DNA from: Andalucia godoyi And28
Taxonomy: Eukaryota > Protista > Jakobida
NCBI GenBank assembly: GCA_009859145.1
Contig: VRVR01000056.1
Span: 62,085 to 126,084, forward strand
Direction of reading: 5' to 3'
Length of the DNA stretch: 64,000 nt
The notes under the pieces were generated by a model. The model did not search any database. It worked only from the letters and a program-made list of their open reading frames with translations, and was not told the DNA's origin. The number at the start of each line of letters is the position of its first letter. Position 1 is the first letter of the stretch. Position numbers and translations under genes: made by a program. Positions 52,601 through 59,987 of this stretch are shown piece after piece.

Positions 52601-55329
52601 GGTGGGAAGACCATGCCGTCCAGTACTCGAATCATTGACTTTGCACGTGATTTGTCCTCTCTGCCTACCATTTTCCAAATGTTATCCCTCGAGATCGACA
52701 CAAGATGTCTGCTGTACGATGACGAAACCTTGTCGGATATCGCATCAACAAACCTCAATACCCTCGAGGAAGGAGAAGACATCAGTTCCTGGATTGTTGA
52801 AAGAAGTGGCATCGGAAACATTGAGGAGGCTAGCAAGCAAGAAAACAAGGCGTGAAAAGCATCTGACGGGAAGTACAGCCTGCCAAATCTCGAAAAAAGA
52901 GCCAAGATCTGTTGCTGGACACCGGATTCCGTGAGACGGTCCGCAAGGCTCGGGACTGGGAAGAAGACAATCGGAAGCAAACGAGAAACCAACACATCTG
53001 ACAGACGACTCCTCGCCACGATTTCGATCTGGATGGGGTGGAGAGCTGACATGAGAATCTCAATTGTGGAGGAAAGGTACGATGACGACAGATATGGATC
53101 TGGGCATTGAAGCAGATAGTGGACAGAGCATTCCGCGACAGTTGCAATCAGATGAGGGATCACAAGTCTCGCCTTGCATCCTCCCTGCAGACCAGCAAGA
53201 AAGTCTGCCACAAGACCGTTATCATAAGGAGAATTGTCATCAAAATGTTCTCGAATGGAAGCGGTCCAATGCATGACGACGTCGGACAGTGAAGCAGCAT
53301 CATCATCCGGTCGACCAAGAGCCAGTTCGTCACTGAGTTGTAAAATTTGAGACAGTGGAGAAAATCCAAGGGACACAGCAAGCATCCAGCTTAAGAGATG
53401 AATGCATTCCAATGCCGTTTGCGAGTTTCGCATAATACCAGACCGGTCAAACATTGGTGCAACCCATTCGTAGGGCGCCTTGAACCGCAAGCGAAGAAGC
53501 CGATCCGTCTTGTTAATCGCCTCCGACGAATCGAAAATAACAAGACTGAGAAGCGCAAATGACCGAATGCAAAACGAGAAGTCGTGAATTTTCAAATGAA
53601 TTGCAGACAACAACACCGGAAGACCACCACAGTGCAAAAACAAGCGAGCAGAAGACGGACGATCGAGAGCAACGACATGGACCAGAAGGGTAATGAGTTC
53701 TCGAGATGGGCGCGACGAAAGGCAATGGATACAATCCTCCATAAACGTTTCTTTTGCCATCGCGGATTCCGAGGCATACAGCTGGCATAAAACAAGCAGG
53801 CACGTCAGAACAGCAGTGTCGTCGGGAGATGACCCAAGAGAGTCGTTAAAAATGGAGAATAGTTCCTTCCAGCTTGAATGCAGGGCTCTGTGCAGATCCA
53901 AACTCGAGGATCTCATGAGAATGATGTTGCACAAGACATACACCGCAACACGTGGATCATCTTCGCATTGAATATCGTCCTTCCTTCTCCGACAGCAAAC
54001 AATCAGTCCACGAATGGCATCGTCTGTGTGAAGAATGGGCCGGATGCTAGCATCCGGCAAATCAGATCTGCCTTCCGAAAGATACCATATCTTATCCACA
54101 ACCATCCTTCGAACTCTCGGACTCGGGGAGTGCAGCAGTTGAATGAGACGTGGGTAATCCCGTCGATTCACCAGTCCTCCGGCAATAGCATCCGTAACTG
54201 CGTTGAGAACAGCACGCTGCGTCGACGCGTCCGTTGCCGAAAGGGCTTCTGGAGTCAGCAGAAGCTTCGTTGGCGAGCTGCGATTCCAGACACGGTAACT
54301 GCGCGCCAGCGAGAAGACCCGACAAGCCGCATTACACAGATCACTTCTTTGCGCACGAACACCCACAGAGAGCAATATCGTAAATATGCTTTCTTCAATG
54401 TCGTTCAGCGCCCCTGACTCGATGCTACTGCGTGGGAAATGGCTTTCAATGATGCGAAGAATGTCGAACGCAATCACGTCCCTGTACGGCGCAAAAAACG
54501 AATTGCGAGAGCTTGATGTGTCGGGAATCATCACTATGTGCACAACGCCGGATATCAGCTTGGAGAGAGAGCTGAAATGGAAAGATGCTGGGTCGGATCC
54601 TCTGGGATCGTAGAAGGCGCGAGAAAGAAGATGGTCCAGACTAACGAGACCGACCAGTGACGCGATGACGGACAAGCGTCGCGCCGTCGGTGCATCCTGT
54701 TCTTGAACCGCTTTGACGCACAGTTCCCCTACCTTCTCCGCAAACGCAGCCCGAATTTCAAACGAATTCGACTGCAGTATGCAATGCCGGCTGAAGATCA
54801 GGCACACGGCGAGCCCGACCTCCGAATGGGTCGATTTTGCAGCTGCAGAAACGACGTTGGCCACGACCTCGGACGCAATCGACGGGTCCGTTGGGTCCAA
54901 AAACTTGTGGGTTCGGTAGCAATAGGATGCGCGGAACAGCAGCAGCAATGAAGGATGGAGATTGGCGAAATCTGCGTATTCGACGACTGAATCTGGATGA
55001 ATCACGAGTCTGTTCACGACATGCATATCGGGTCCTCGCTCATCATCCTGAGCTGGATGGGCGCTACGAACCATGTTAAACGCGAGAAACTGAGAAGCAC
55101 AACCAAGCACACCAATCGGCAGCTTTTTCCTGCAGAATAAGCAGCACCGCGCAAGCAAGTGCAGCAGCACAAATGCCTCGTCCAACACCGCCTGCGAAAA
55201 CGCCATTCCGTTACCCAAACCCGCAATATTCAGCAATTGGCACGAGCACTCAAACATCAGCTCCGCAAAGAACTTGCGCTCTGTCGGCGTCACAAACGAG
55301 GCAGAAGTCGGAAACGGACAGTCTTGCAT
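43681..55329 (-). CDS. Giant BEACH-domain protein (ARM/ConA-like - PH - BEACH - WD40; LYST/neurobeachin/WDFY family)
   Basis: About 3880 aa with no intron. PH (GELFLTSKRINF...RRHLLQDCAVELF); BEACH (WCAGCVSNWEYLMILNTLAGRS, QYPVLP, FRDLTRSMGA, YGTHY, EQIPDLFY, VELPPWA, WIDLMWG, YGQMPPQLF); C-terminal WD40 repeats. First ATG at 55329. Confidence 0.95.
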   Translation of the reverse strand: MQDCPFPTSASFVTPTERKFFAELMFECSCQLLNIAGLGNGMAFSQAVLDEAFVLLHLLARCCLFCRKKLPIGVLGCASQFLAFNMVRSAHPAQDDERGPDMHVVNRLVIHPDSVVEYADFANLHPSLLLLFRASYCYRTHKFLDPTDPSIASEVVANVVSAAAKSTHSEVGLAVCLIFSRHCILQSNSFEIRAAFAEKVGELCVKAVQEQDAPTARRLSVIASLVGLVSLDHLLSRAFYDPRGSDPASFHFSSLSKLISGVVHIVMIPDTSSSRNSFFAPYRDVIAFDILRIIESHFPRSSIESGALNDIEESIFTILLSVGVRAQRSDLCNAACRVFSLARSYRVWNRSSPTKLLLTPEALSATDASTQRAVLNAVTDAIAGGLVNRRDYPRLIQLLHSPSPRVRRMVVDKIWYLSEGRSDLPDASIRPILHTDDAIRGLIVCCRRRKDDIQCEDDPRVAVYVLCNIILMRSSSLDLHRALHSSWKELFSIFNDSLGSSPDDTAVLTCLLVLCQLYASESAMAKETFMEDCIHCLSSRPSRELITLLVHVVALDRPSSARLFLHCGGLPVLLSAIHLKIHDFSFCIRSFALLSLVIFDSSEAINKTDRLLRLRFKAPYEWVAPMFDRSGIMRNSQTALECIHLLSWMLAVSLGFSPLSQILQLSDELALGRPDDDAASLSDVVMHWTASIREHFDDNSPYDNGLVADFLAGLQGGCKARLVIPHLIATVAECSVHYLLQCPDPYLSSSYLSSTIEILMSALHPIQIEIVARSRLSDVLVSRLLPIVFFPVPSLADRLTESGVQQQILALFSRFGRLYFPSDAFHALFSCLLASSMFPMPLLSTIQELMSSPSSRVLRFVDAISDKVSSSYSRHLVSISRDNIWKMVGREDKSRAKSMIRVLDGMVFPPPPSNGWAFDCHLCLPRHEGRWMILSIVNEHGKREDFCSVAVSVERTANGTMSLVFLLNVGKSMMMHRPNEDSFSAKVALPPSLDDLYSESWVHLCVSHHGPDARVLKRLLKNQLPEAETDAGFLAVHLDGKPLPKVAIPYPTVHSHRFWGYTSTTIRSIGCGAVGIPMSQARLYDYVLTPLECCVLNWIGPSYRGSFSAHSLLSALSTHNLSNDILRILVSEEKFPWTPPFVGWLSVLDKPLVSLSEKLSLWITDTGSVLRRLTLPNASFSESGNTSQGVPSSPSKNLEKASSAAKVSQGSEKESKLSGSPSRSMLQQWITIPAVLSPVIRKIVRRPLPVQIRADHVVTLIGRTTDVERLTCILKLVSALRIHRSSFSREWHEVQGDAVLNVILGERFAPQCSPAFVDALWDYCSGDPLAFRLVMFSSNLWKRCSTSTTKYHLDRLSRLVLSFKSDPFGLWQWVESDSFRSFISMIVEWHYFPPVVADVLVPDIVNLVASVLSVVEVTTTLPGVPSIPLHMLALLCSIADIALYVKPLSFALRFHLLDLLLKRIVSFRFSASKSLFFAVVDEFYSRYEPPSWVAALRERPEDDGNARCPALMNYTWSSLMRMKVLEMIHVGRSCKRFQEECERLAIFDHIIHVYATAIQECEAPDVLMFAQMMFSPSVSSQYLPFSSMHLYREVPMYSSFPSNATITFGLDVPSVLDIVLRTLRSIENHQQLRMLVSLLPICRDRTLAQKILEILRQTLRIAAASVVPVSSTPVDSSFFVSAASAKPILEAFCDIAFLSTVVNGCFSMAFPSSAERTLRSTAVSFLSELSEYLIRIACSLDAVESEISKSIETLEAVLDLISSHKSAMQPLEAQEIILSNILSSLDLRLSSLMGTTDDSSSDAGSVPEMGISVGAFASSLPSHNQFLASLSNVQKGQNDEFRAFAKVEVVRYYQLLLKVFIPVSACVTQYITEYFCILNTGRDLPARLFGSRGMSPSSWSLDDSVADAPEGEGSEGFSDEPALSPAPDFSATLLHFDIPDPRNSPILSFLYPYIFCKSVTFSLLARLILMCHIPVPFSTESVFASMRILILLVLQKMPVSPVAREPGFLLCAFSLLRDDKFFSFALKDGGFVRSLMYYSSEVLIAVPSEKTSEKAIRTARSLWTRLFQTNKSFVRAVCQIPQPLLSLLEGYPGLSPSGKKEEHGGTVPENEDYFPDENGVDSVHVANGQAAGDQRPGDEIVSIHHDVPADETFFDFFAQLADVDRRSFLNPRLEKDIPKYFEKNIKKSALHSRVKRLTKLSQSLSVRDRTISQVVLPRLNVIYTEHLSKSSQIQKPFVMYMKEYERFLSMVRNVYQQRVALLSSSGNVFDPSFWSLEACAHPLEKSVASQPYFIDPSEGDLRAFPSVVSLSSARPTPLHRPLSLPVMHHLFSHPICSAFSGGSAVFECCAERLPVVKYLRKLVTQVIDTREGPLRTRPFIKQHDRYEFVVRSCKADDPAGIAFCSLNASFEMVSSHSDHLMFASSQFVASCCAAHLSMMSVFSPTVVAPKTVSYPKLSEKDSRWAQLENLVCISPFNPLSFGAAPCIGSAVRQISETLSQFSGPLESFSLPPHIPLANGEVRHYSIVCQMVTPAGAYEGELFLTSKRINFFPSGRVPLRRKTQNQRSRSVSTFGGSTFGNSSFLSTSTSSVYPASYSNMSVNQSQSSPLPDDGLQDISNLEAEMEAEVIFPFYSSVDDAKPFVTDYLALSAAMRRRHLLQDCAVELFLCSGDTVFFSFPSSVERENVLRILVIFMDMWAPASVSSFPSNSTDHPPPSMPDPRQWHMLPKDLLDQVQAFADGEGQQTSPDGVPKQQEDAAVTSKHGGATLLLDRSSVLNLNASSSQVSLTSFSQWWLSHNWRDALVQVAARWCAGCVSNWEYLMILNTLAGRSWCDPTQYPVLPHVLASFQTHSPPFVSSLHPESFSDSAAPPPPPRNGERDASDFEHIALPGGGVAFRDLTRSMGATDPERLRFFLNRFLSLVEMDRDGADNPPFIYGTHYMPRGTTLHYLVRSEPHSYLFYEMNDHHMDAANRVFRSMEVSWVSASSTSRSEVREQIPDLFYLWEMFYNENALRIPHLSADPDKDASLCIDSVELPPWARFDARLFVRQHRAALEASQVQYALPAWIDLMWGPAMAGQEALRRFNIFHPVSYAGFKDINACRDHVEREAVLTQVENYGQMPPQLFRDHHPLRKRFAISSPLIEMLVSHTSRIRNWVVRPICASQRSEPVCMLRFGTGAVSRIVCPKSTGVAWSSNTMWCEPDYDESLMDHALEISITAAIAAATAAGSSDTTSPSKTMNSDSVKVSPFKAFGIPSSSPSQPEFASPASKANGRTDFTTDDEDDRDETMSTISDFSLFSAQSETPGMNFAPRSPKSKRKSHVREPFPIAALGPGRALLFVASYPVLVEDGASTSSLQPEKNLLNVGSSNGSELKYSCLFASEYDLPNLNVFSADEIVLSQTVDTQKTARELASPMPMSISSRFLDVAFAATGIVNPNGYAPQVSVPFPAFAVSPEEPIASSTAALLQSMSLEAALASSSTAAPVAYGVSNSPAMLRAYSNPPPLTAVSANQIGMSSAVLASPYSLYYPYNESPTPHIVYQGHVPTHLPFFFRNLPFVNPLSGSVHPSIHSTAGSTGGRRTYPASGSSADDGSSNSSKEDAPYYHAESVSILPPTIAASCYVVGWDHLNDLARVKVWNAENGRLVIASSLAPWVVSSDSITCVCVHPSGMLLYVGLASGEMQIYSVSYGSHGPSAISFLDSFSVSCGAVSCMVFAESLYVLVMGTSDGSVVLFDTTHRCIRRRMGHRSWSSLTVTSIAVCEGSGEICAFYSSPAVVGDVEARELVLWSLNGAFLARRGWHDEPCVSCLQFTHAVEGVHENVLFVGREDGGVMILSLEDLSVLSELDVQHHSPIRSIAVHDDHVHIATGDEDGFVVTWEFRPVY

Positions 55330-56297
55330 CAGCACCGAAAGAATCCTCGGCAGCAGCACATTGGACGGCGGTCGAATGTCTGCAGGAGAATTCAGCAAGA
55401 TAATCAGGGATTGATAGTCAATCATTGCACACCAGCAAGCATTTCAACACCAATAAATACAAAAAGCAAATCAGAACAAAAACATAACAAAAAACAATAT
55501 TTATGAAAACGTCAATACGATTGTCGTAATAAAATAAACTAAAATAGTATCCTCGTTCATAAAAGCGTCGATTGGAGGTGCGGACGCCAGGATTGGAAAG
55601 AGACACGGACGGCTGACAGCTTTGTGTATCAAAACACTGAACATCAAACGATACGAATTTTCTTACCGTAGTCAAGTCTACTATTTCTTATTTTTTCTTC
55701 GCTTTCCTTTCTGTGTGTTGGTGTCTTCAATAATCGAACCTTCAAGCAGCACCTTTCATCAGAGACAAAGACAAAGACAAAAACATCTCATGGCTCCAAA
55801 GAGGGGGTCTTCTTGACAAACGCAAACCGGCCGTGTTCAAAGATGCCGAGAACGAAGAAACCCGTTGATCCCCTCTTGTCGAAGGCGGAGAGCAAGAAGA
55901 TGGTCATCGTCAGACGGCTGGGCAAGATATTTTAAATTCTCGAAGATGTGATCGATTACGTTCGGAAATGCGCTCTAAGCTAGAGAACAAGAAGGAGCAA
56001 AGACAAAAGCGCCGTTCGCCGACGACATTCTGTTTCCTCCAACGTTCAATTTTGAATGTTGAGTCGACTGCGGAGTATGCTGGTTGCGAGGACCCTTTGA
56101 TGTCAAGCAATCTGCATTGAAGAGCTGGTGCTTGCCCCCCCAAATGAAAACAAAAGCATACATATGGCTTGGATCTGTCTTTGGTCTTTTTTGCTTCGTG
56201 CCGTCTGCTGTACTCCCTGATAGCTTGCACTCTGAGAATTCCCGATCGCAAGGAATCGCCCGTCGTCGTCGTCTTTCTTGTCTTTCTTGTTGATATC

Positions 56298-56299
<2 letters not shown>

Positions 56300-56341
<42 letters not shown>
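56300..56341. repeat. (TG)n microsatellite
   Basis: About 21 TG units ending 5 bp upstream of the CoA-transferase ATG. Confidence 0.95.
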
Positions 56342-56344
<3 letters not shown>

Positions 56345-56345
56345 C

Positions 56346-57623
56346 ATGATTCGAGCTCCACTGTCGCATGTAAAAGTGCTTGATTTGTCGCGGGTCCTTG
56401 CTGGGCCCTGGTGTACACAGCTTCTTGCAGACTATGGAGCGACGGTCTTCAAGATTGAGAAGCCTGGTCAGGGCGACGACACACGGAGCTGGGGTCCTCC
56501 GTTCGTCGACGAATCTCGTTCCGCGTACTTTATGTGCGCGAACAGGAACAAGTATTCGGTGTGCGTGGACTTTTCAAAGCCAGAAGGCGCCGAGCTTGTG
56601 AGGTCGCTTGCGTCTGCTGTGGATGTGCTTGTGGAAAACTACAAGGTCGGCGGACTTGCAAAGTACCAGCTGGATTTTCAGTCTGCCAAGAAGGTGAATC
56701 CGAGAATTGTGTATGCGTCAATTACGGGATATGGGCAGGAGAACTCGCCTCGCGTCGACGAACCAGGATACGACTTTATCATTCAGGGCATGGCTGGACT
56801 GATGTCCACGACTGGTCCTGCCAATGAGCATTACAAAACAGGAGTGGCTGTCAGCGACGTTCTCACTGGGATGTACGCAGCAACGGGTATCCTCGCTGCG
56901 CTGAATGCCAGTCCCCGTGTGGCGGCGCATGTGGATGCGTCGTTGATGGACTCGCAGCTTGCGGGAATGGCCAACATTGCTACCTCGTACTTGTACTCGG
57001 GCAACGTTCCACGGAAGCCGGGGAATTCGCATGTGAACATCTCTCCGTACTCTTCTTTTCGTGCAAAGGATGGTGTGCTCATTGTGTGTGTTGGGAATGA
57101 CGAGCAGTTTAGAAAGTTTGTACAGTGTGTCTTGACGGAAGACGCACCATATGAAGAGGAGCAGCGCATTCTCAAGGAATTTGCCACAAACAAAGCCCGG
57201 GTAATCCATGCAGATGATCTGGCAGTCTGGATCAATGAAAAGCTGCAGATTAAGACCTGTTCGCAGTGGATTGCAGTCTTGAATGATGCTGGTGTCCCCT
57301 GCGGTCCGATCAACAACATTGGACAGGCCTTCCAGGAAGAGCATTCGCAGCAACGCAGGATGGTTTCCTATCTGAGGGACAAGGATCCGGGTAAGATAGA
57401 GGAGAGTCCCCCGCGGACCGCGGCCCAGTTGGCAACCGCGTATCCAGTGCCGTCTTGTGGAGTTCGCTTCACCTCGGACTCCGGTCTTGGACTGCGGGCC
57501 CCGGAAGATTCGTGGGCGCCTCCAAAACTTGGGGCCCATACTCGACACGTTCTGGTTGACCTGGTTGGCGTGTGCTCCCATGCCCAGTTTGACCAGCTTG
57601 CGAAATCCCGCATCGTCCAATAG
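56346..57623 (+). CDS. Class III CoA-transferase (CaiB/BaiF), SUGCT-like
   Basis: VKVLDLSRVLAGPWCTQLLADYGA, GDDTRSWGPP, NRNKYS, DVLVENY, YASITGYGQ, PGYDFIIQGMAGLMSTTG, GVAVSDVLTG (catalytic Asp), PPKLGAHT. Confidence 0.93.
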   Translation: MIRAPLSHVKVLDLSRVLAGPWCTQLLADYGATVFKIEKPGQGDDTRSWGPPFVDESRSAYFMCANRNKYSVCVDFSKPEGAELVRSLASAVDVLVENYKVGGLAKYQLDFQSAKKVNPRIVYASITGYGQENSPRVDEPGYDFIIQGMAGLMSTTGPANEHYKTGVAVSDVLTGMYAATGILAALNASPRVAAHVDASLMDSQLAGMANIATSYLYSGNVPRKPGNSHVNISPYSSFRAKDGVLIVCVGNDEQFRKFVQCVLTEDAPYEEEQRILKEFATNKARVIHADDLAVWINEKLQIKTCSQWIAVLNDAGVPCGPINNIGQAFQEEHSQQRRMVSYLRDKDPGKIEESPPRTAAQLATAYPVPSCGVRFTSDSGLGLRAPEDSWAPPKLGAHTRHVLVDLVGVCSHAQFDQLAKSRIVQ

Positions 57624-57770
57624 CACCCCACGCACCCCACGCATTCACGCACTCCGGCACCACCGGCACACTGACGCGCGGCACTCCCCCGGAGTACGCA
57701 CGCACAGTCAGTCAGTGGTTTGGGCTCGGGGCTATTTTCTTACTTTTATGTTACGGATCTCTTGTACCTT

Positions 57771-58383
57771 TTATCGATGTCTCGCAAATGCGCTTCCGAT
57801 ATGTGCTGCAACCGCCGCAAAAGGATCTTCTGCAAATGTCGGATCATGAAACACAGCCGCAAATTGCTTGGTTTCCTCTGTCCGAATGATCGCCCTGTTC
57901 CGTTCCGTCAGTTTCCCGACCTTCATGAGCGGCGCTTCTGCTTCTTTTTCAAGCTGCATGCGCTTTGCTTCTTCTTCAAGCCGCTGCTGCGCCGAGTCCG
58001 CTGTGATTTCCTTGATCACATCGTTGAGATCGTTCTGAAGCCTTGAAAACGGCTGCTTCTTCATTGCCTCCGCTCTTCCTACACCAGCCAGCCGGCCAAA
58101 TAGCCATCATCGATAATTAGAATCGCTCAACTTACAAAACTGCAAAAAACTCGTCGTCCTCTTCGCGCACAACCACATAGATGTATTTAAAATAAAAATA
58201 AAATAAAAATAAAAAACAAGAACACATACGCGATGCTTTAAGCTTTTGTTTCATTTGGGAAATTCTCGCTTCTTTGGCAATGCGATCTTGCTGCTTCTTC
58301 TGGCCCTTTGTCAGCGGTGCATTCACTTTTGTGATCTTTTTCACTGCAGCTGCTGTGATCGGCTTTTTCACGGTTTTCCCCAT
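57771..58383 (-). CDS. Ribosome biogenesis protein SLX9/FAM207A-like, three exons
   Basis: Lys-rich N-terminal exon MGKTVKK... ending at a gtatgt donor, a short middle exon ending at a gtaagt donor, and a final exon with EETKQFAAVFHDPTFAEDPFAAVAAHI (Slx9 C-terminal motif). Exact acceptors uncertain. Confidence 0.65.
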
Positions 58384-58877
58384 TCCCCGATTGCCCCTGA
58401 CCTTGTCGATCTTGTCGCCGACGGTAACAACGTCGATGAAGAAGATGGAGATGATACAGTATCATCGGAGCGGAAAACCAAGTGCAGGTGACCAAACGGT
58501 GGAGATCGAGCAACAACTGCGAAAGTCGACACGCATCGACTGCCCGCTGTCTCAGCAACCATTGAATCTGTGGCTGGTGGCTGCTGTAGTCGGCAGTTCG
58601 GAGTCTGCATCGCGAACCAATAGCTCCATGCCGACACTACGGCCGCGCCAGAAATTGCGGCGCCGATCCTTTTGGACTTTCCATAGCACAACAAGGACGA
58701 CGACGACGACGACGACGACAAGGATGACGATGACGAGGAACACGAGTTGGTGCTGCGATAGACGAGTTTGCCAACTGCCAGGCCGAACCACACGCCGAAA
58801 AACGCTCCTACAGCAGCTGTAACGGGTGCAAGTTGCTCGCACGGCGTTGCATTGGGCGGGAGTCGCAGATTGCTCAT
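58368..58877 (-). CDS. Small hypothetical membrane protein (two hydrophobic segments)
   Basis: MSNLRLPP..., VTAAVGAFFGVWFGLAVG and IGAAISGAAVVSAWSYWF. The 3' end is probably spliced, since the unspliced ORF would overlap the next gene start. Confidence 0.35.
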   Translation of the reverse strand: MSNLRLPPNATPCEQLAPVTAAVGAFFGVWFGLAVGKLVYRSTNSCSSSSSSLSSSSSSSSLLCYGKSKRIGAAISGAAVVSAWSYWFAMQTPNCRLQQPPATDSMVAETAGSRCVSTFAVVARSPPFGHLHLVFRSDDTVSSPSSSSTLLPSATRSTRSGAIGEWGKP

Positions 58878-59135
58878 CGTTCTCGTCAAAAAAAAAAAAT
58901 AATAAAAAAATACACCCTCCCTGGCCGCGTAACGCCACTTAGCGAAGACTCGGAGACGTGTTTTATTAGTGTTGTACCCCGAAAGCCTCTTTTATTTGTC
59001 GGAGGGCTTTGCTGAGAAACGGCGAGTTTTTGGAATGTGGTCGCCATGTTTCGACGAGCTACAGTGTTTTTTAATGTACAGTACATTCAAGCGATGTCTC
59101 CGATCGAACTTGCAGTGGGTGGGAAAACCAGCCCA

Positions 59136-59606
59136 CTACGACAGCGGAGGAGGCGGGGCGACGGGAAATGTGTCCGCTGGGTCGAACGGGTCCGGCGACA
59201 ACTCGATGCCAAACGACGAGGGCTCGCTGGAGACGTACGAATGCGCGATTCCTGGCTTGAGAACAACCAACGTCCCCGGGAGCAGCGTTGCTCTTTTGAC
59301 GACCACAGCATCTGCTTCACTACAGCCGCCACTGCTATGGTTGGCACCGTGTTCATGTGCATGTGCAGGAGGAAAGAAGAACTGGGCGTGGATGCATCCT
59401 GAGAGCACAAACAGGGCCTCTGTCTTTTGAGTGTGGTAGTGGTTGCCGCGAGGACACCCGCGCTGGAACTCGATTGCAAGGCAGTTGCGAACCGTGTCAA
59501 AGACGTTCAGCGCAAACGCAACACCCTTTCCAACGTCAAACCGCCCAACCTGCGGAATCACCACAGGCGGACTATCAAGGACCGTAATTGACACATAATC
59601 ATCCAT
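59136..59606 (-). CDS. Cupin-fold protein, bacterial nucleotide-sugar isomerase/epimerase-like (WxcM/FdtA/CapF C-terminal type)
   Basis: Cupin motif 1 RGNHYHTQKTEALFVLSG and motif 2 VLKPGIAHSY, ending ELSPDPFDPADTF. The start may lie slightly upstream within the (ATGAGC)n repeat. Confidence 0.75.
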   Translation of the reverse strand: MDDYVSITVLDSPPVVIPQVGRFDVGKGVAFALNVFDTVRNCLAIEFQRGCPRGNHYHTQKTEALFVLSGCIHAQFFFPPAHAHEHGANHSSGGCSEADAVVVKRATLLPGTLVVLKPGIAHSYVSSEPSSFGIELSPDPFDPADTFPVAPPPPLS

Positions 59607-59891
59607 GTTCATGCTCACGCTCATGCTCATGCTCATGCCCAACGTCCACCACCACCTGGCTCCGAGAACGGTTTTGGCTTCGCGTGCGAAAAGACGCAGA
59701 AGCCTTTTCTGTATCAAAGGGCAGAGAAGAGGAGGTTACGACTGGCAGACAGACAGCGTCAGAGGCTCCAAGCAAGCGAAACACTCAAGAGCCTCAAACC
59801 CTTCTCTGCACGTCGCAGGAAAAACGATAAACACCAACAAACCGGCTGCCGAGGAGCACTGCTTCGAGCACTGCTTCGAGCAAGGTACGCG

Positions 59892-59910
59892 GGTGTGTGT
59901 GTGTGTGTGT

Positions 59911-59981
<71 letters not shown>
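59892..59981. repeat. Compound (GT)n(GA)n microsatellite
   Basis: About 10 GT then about 33 GA units ending immediately before the TTLL ATG. Confidence 0.95.

Positions 59982-59982
<1 letters not shown>

Positions 59983-59987
<5 letters not shown>

Noticed and set aside
55570-55610. tRNA-like 3' end on the minus strand (TTCCAATCCTGGCGTCCGCACCTCCA)
   Set aside because: No T-stem pairing, D-arm or anticodon arm.
215-57623. Lysine/glutarate pathway cluster (DHTKD1-like plus SUGCT-like) and Cajal-body cluster (TGS1, coilin-like, U1-like RNA)
   Set aside because: Members are 12-55 kb apart with many unrelated genes between them; consistent with chance in a gene-dense genome.
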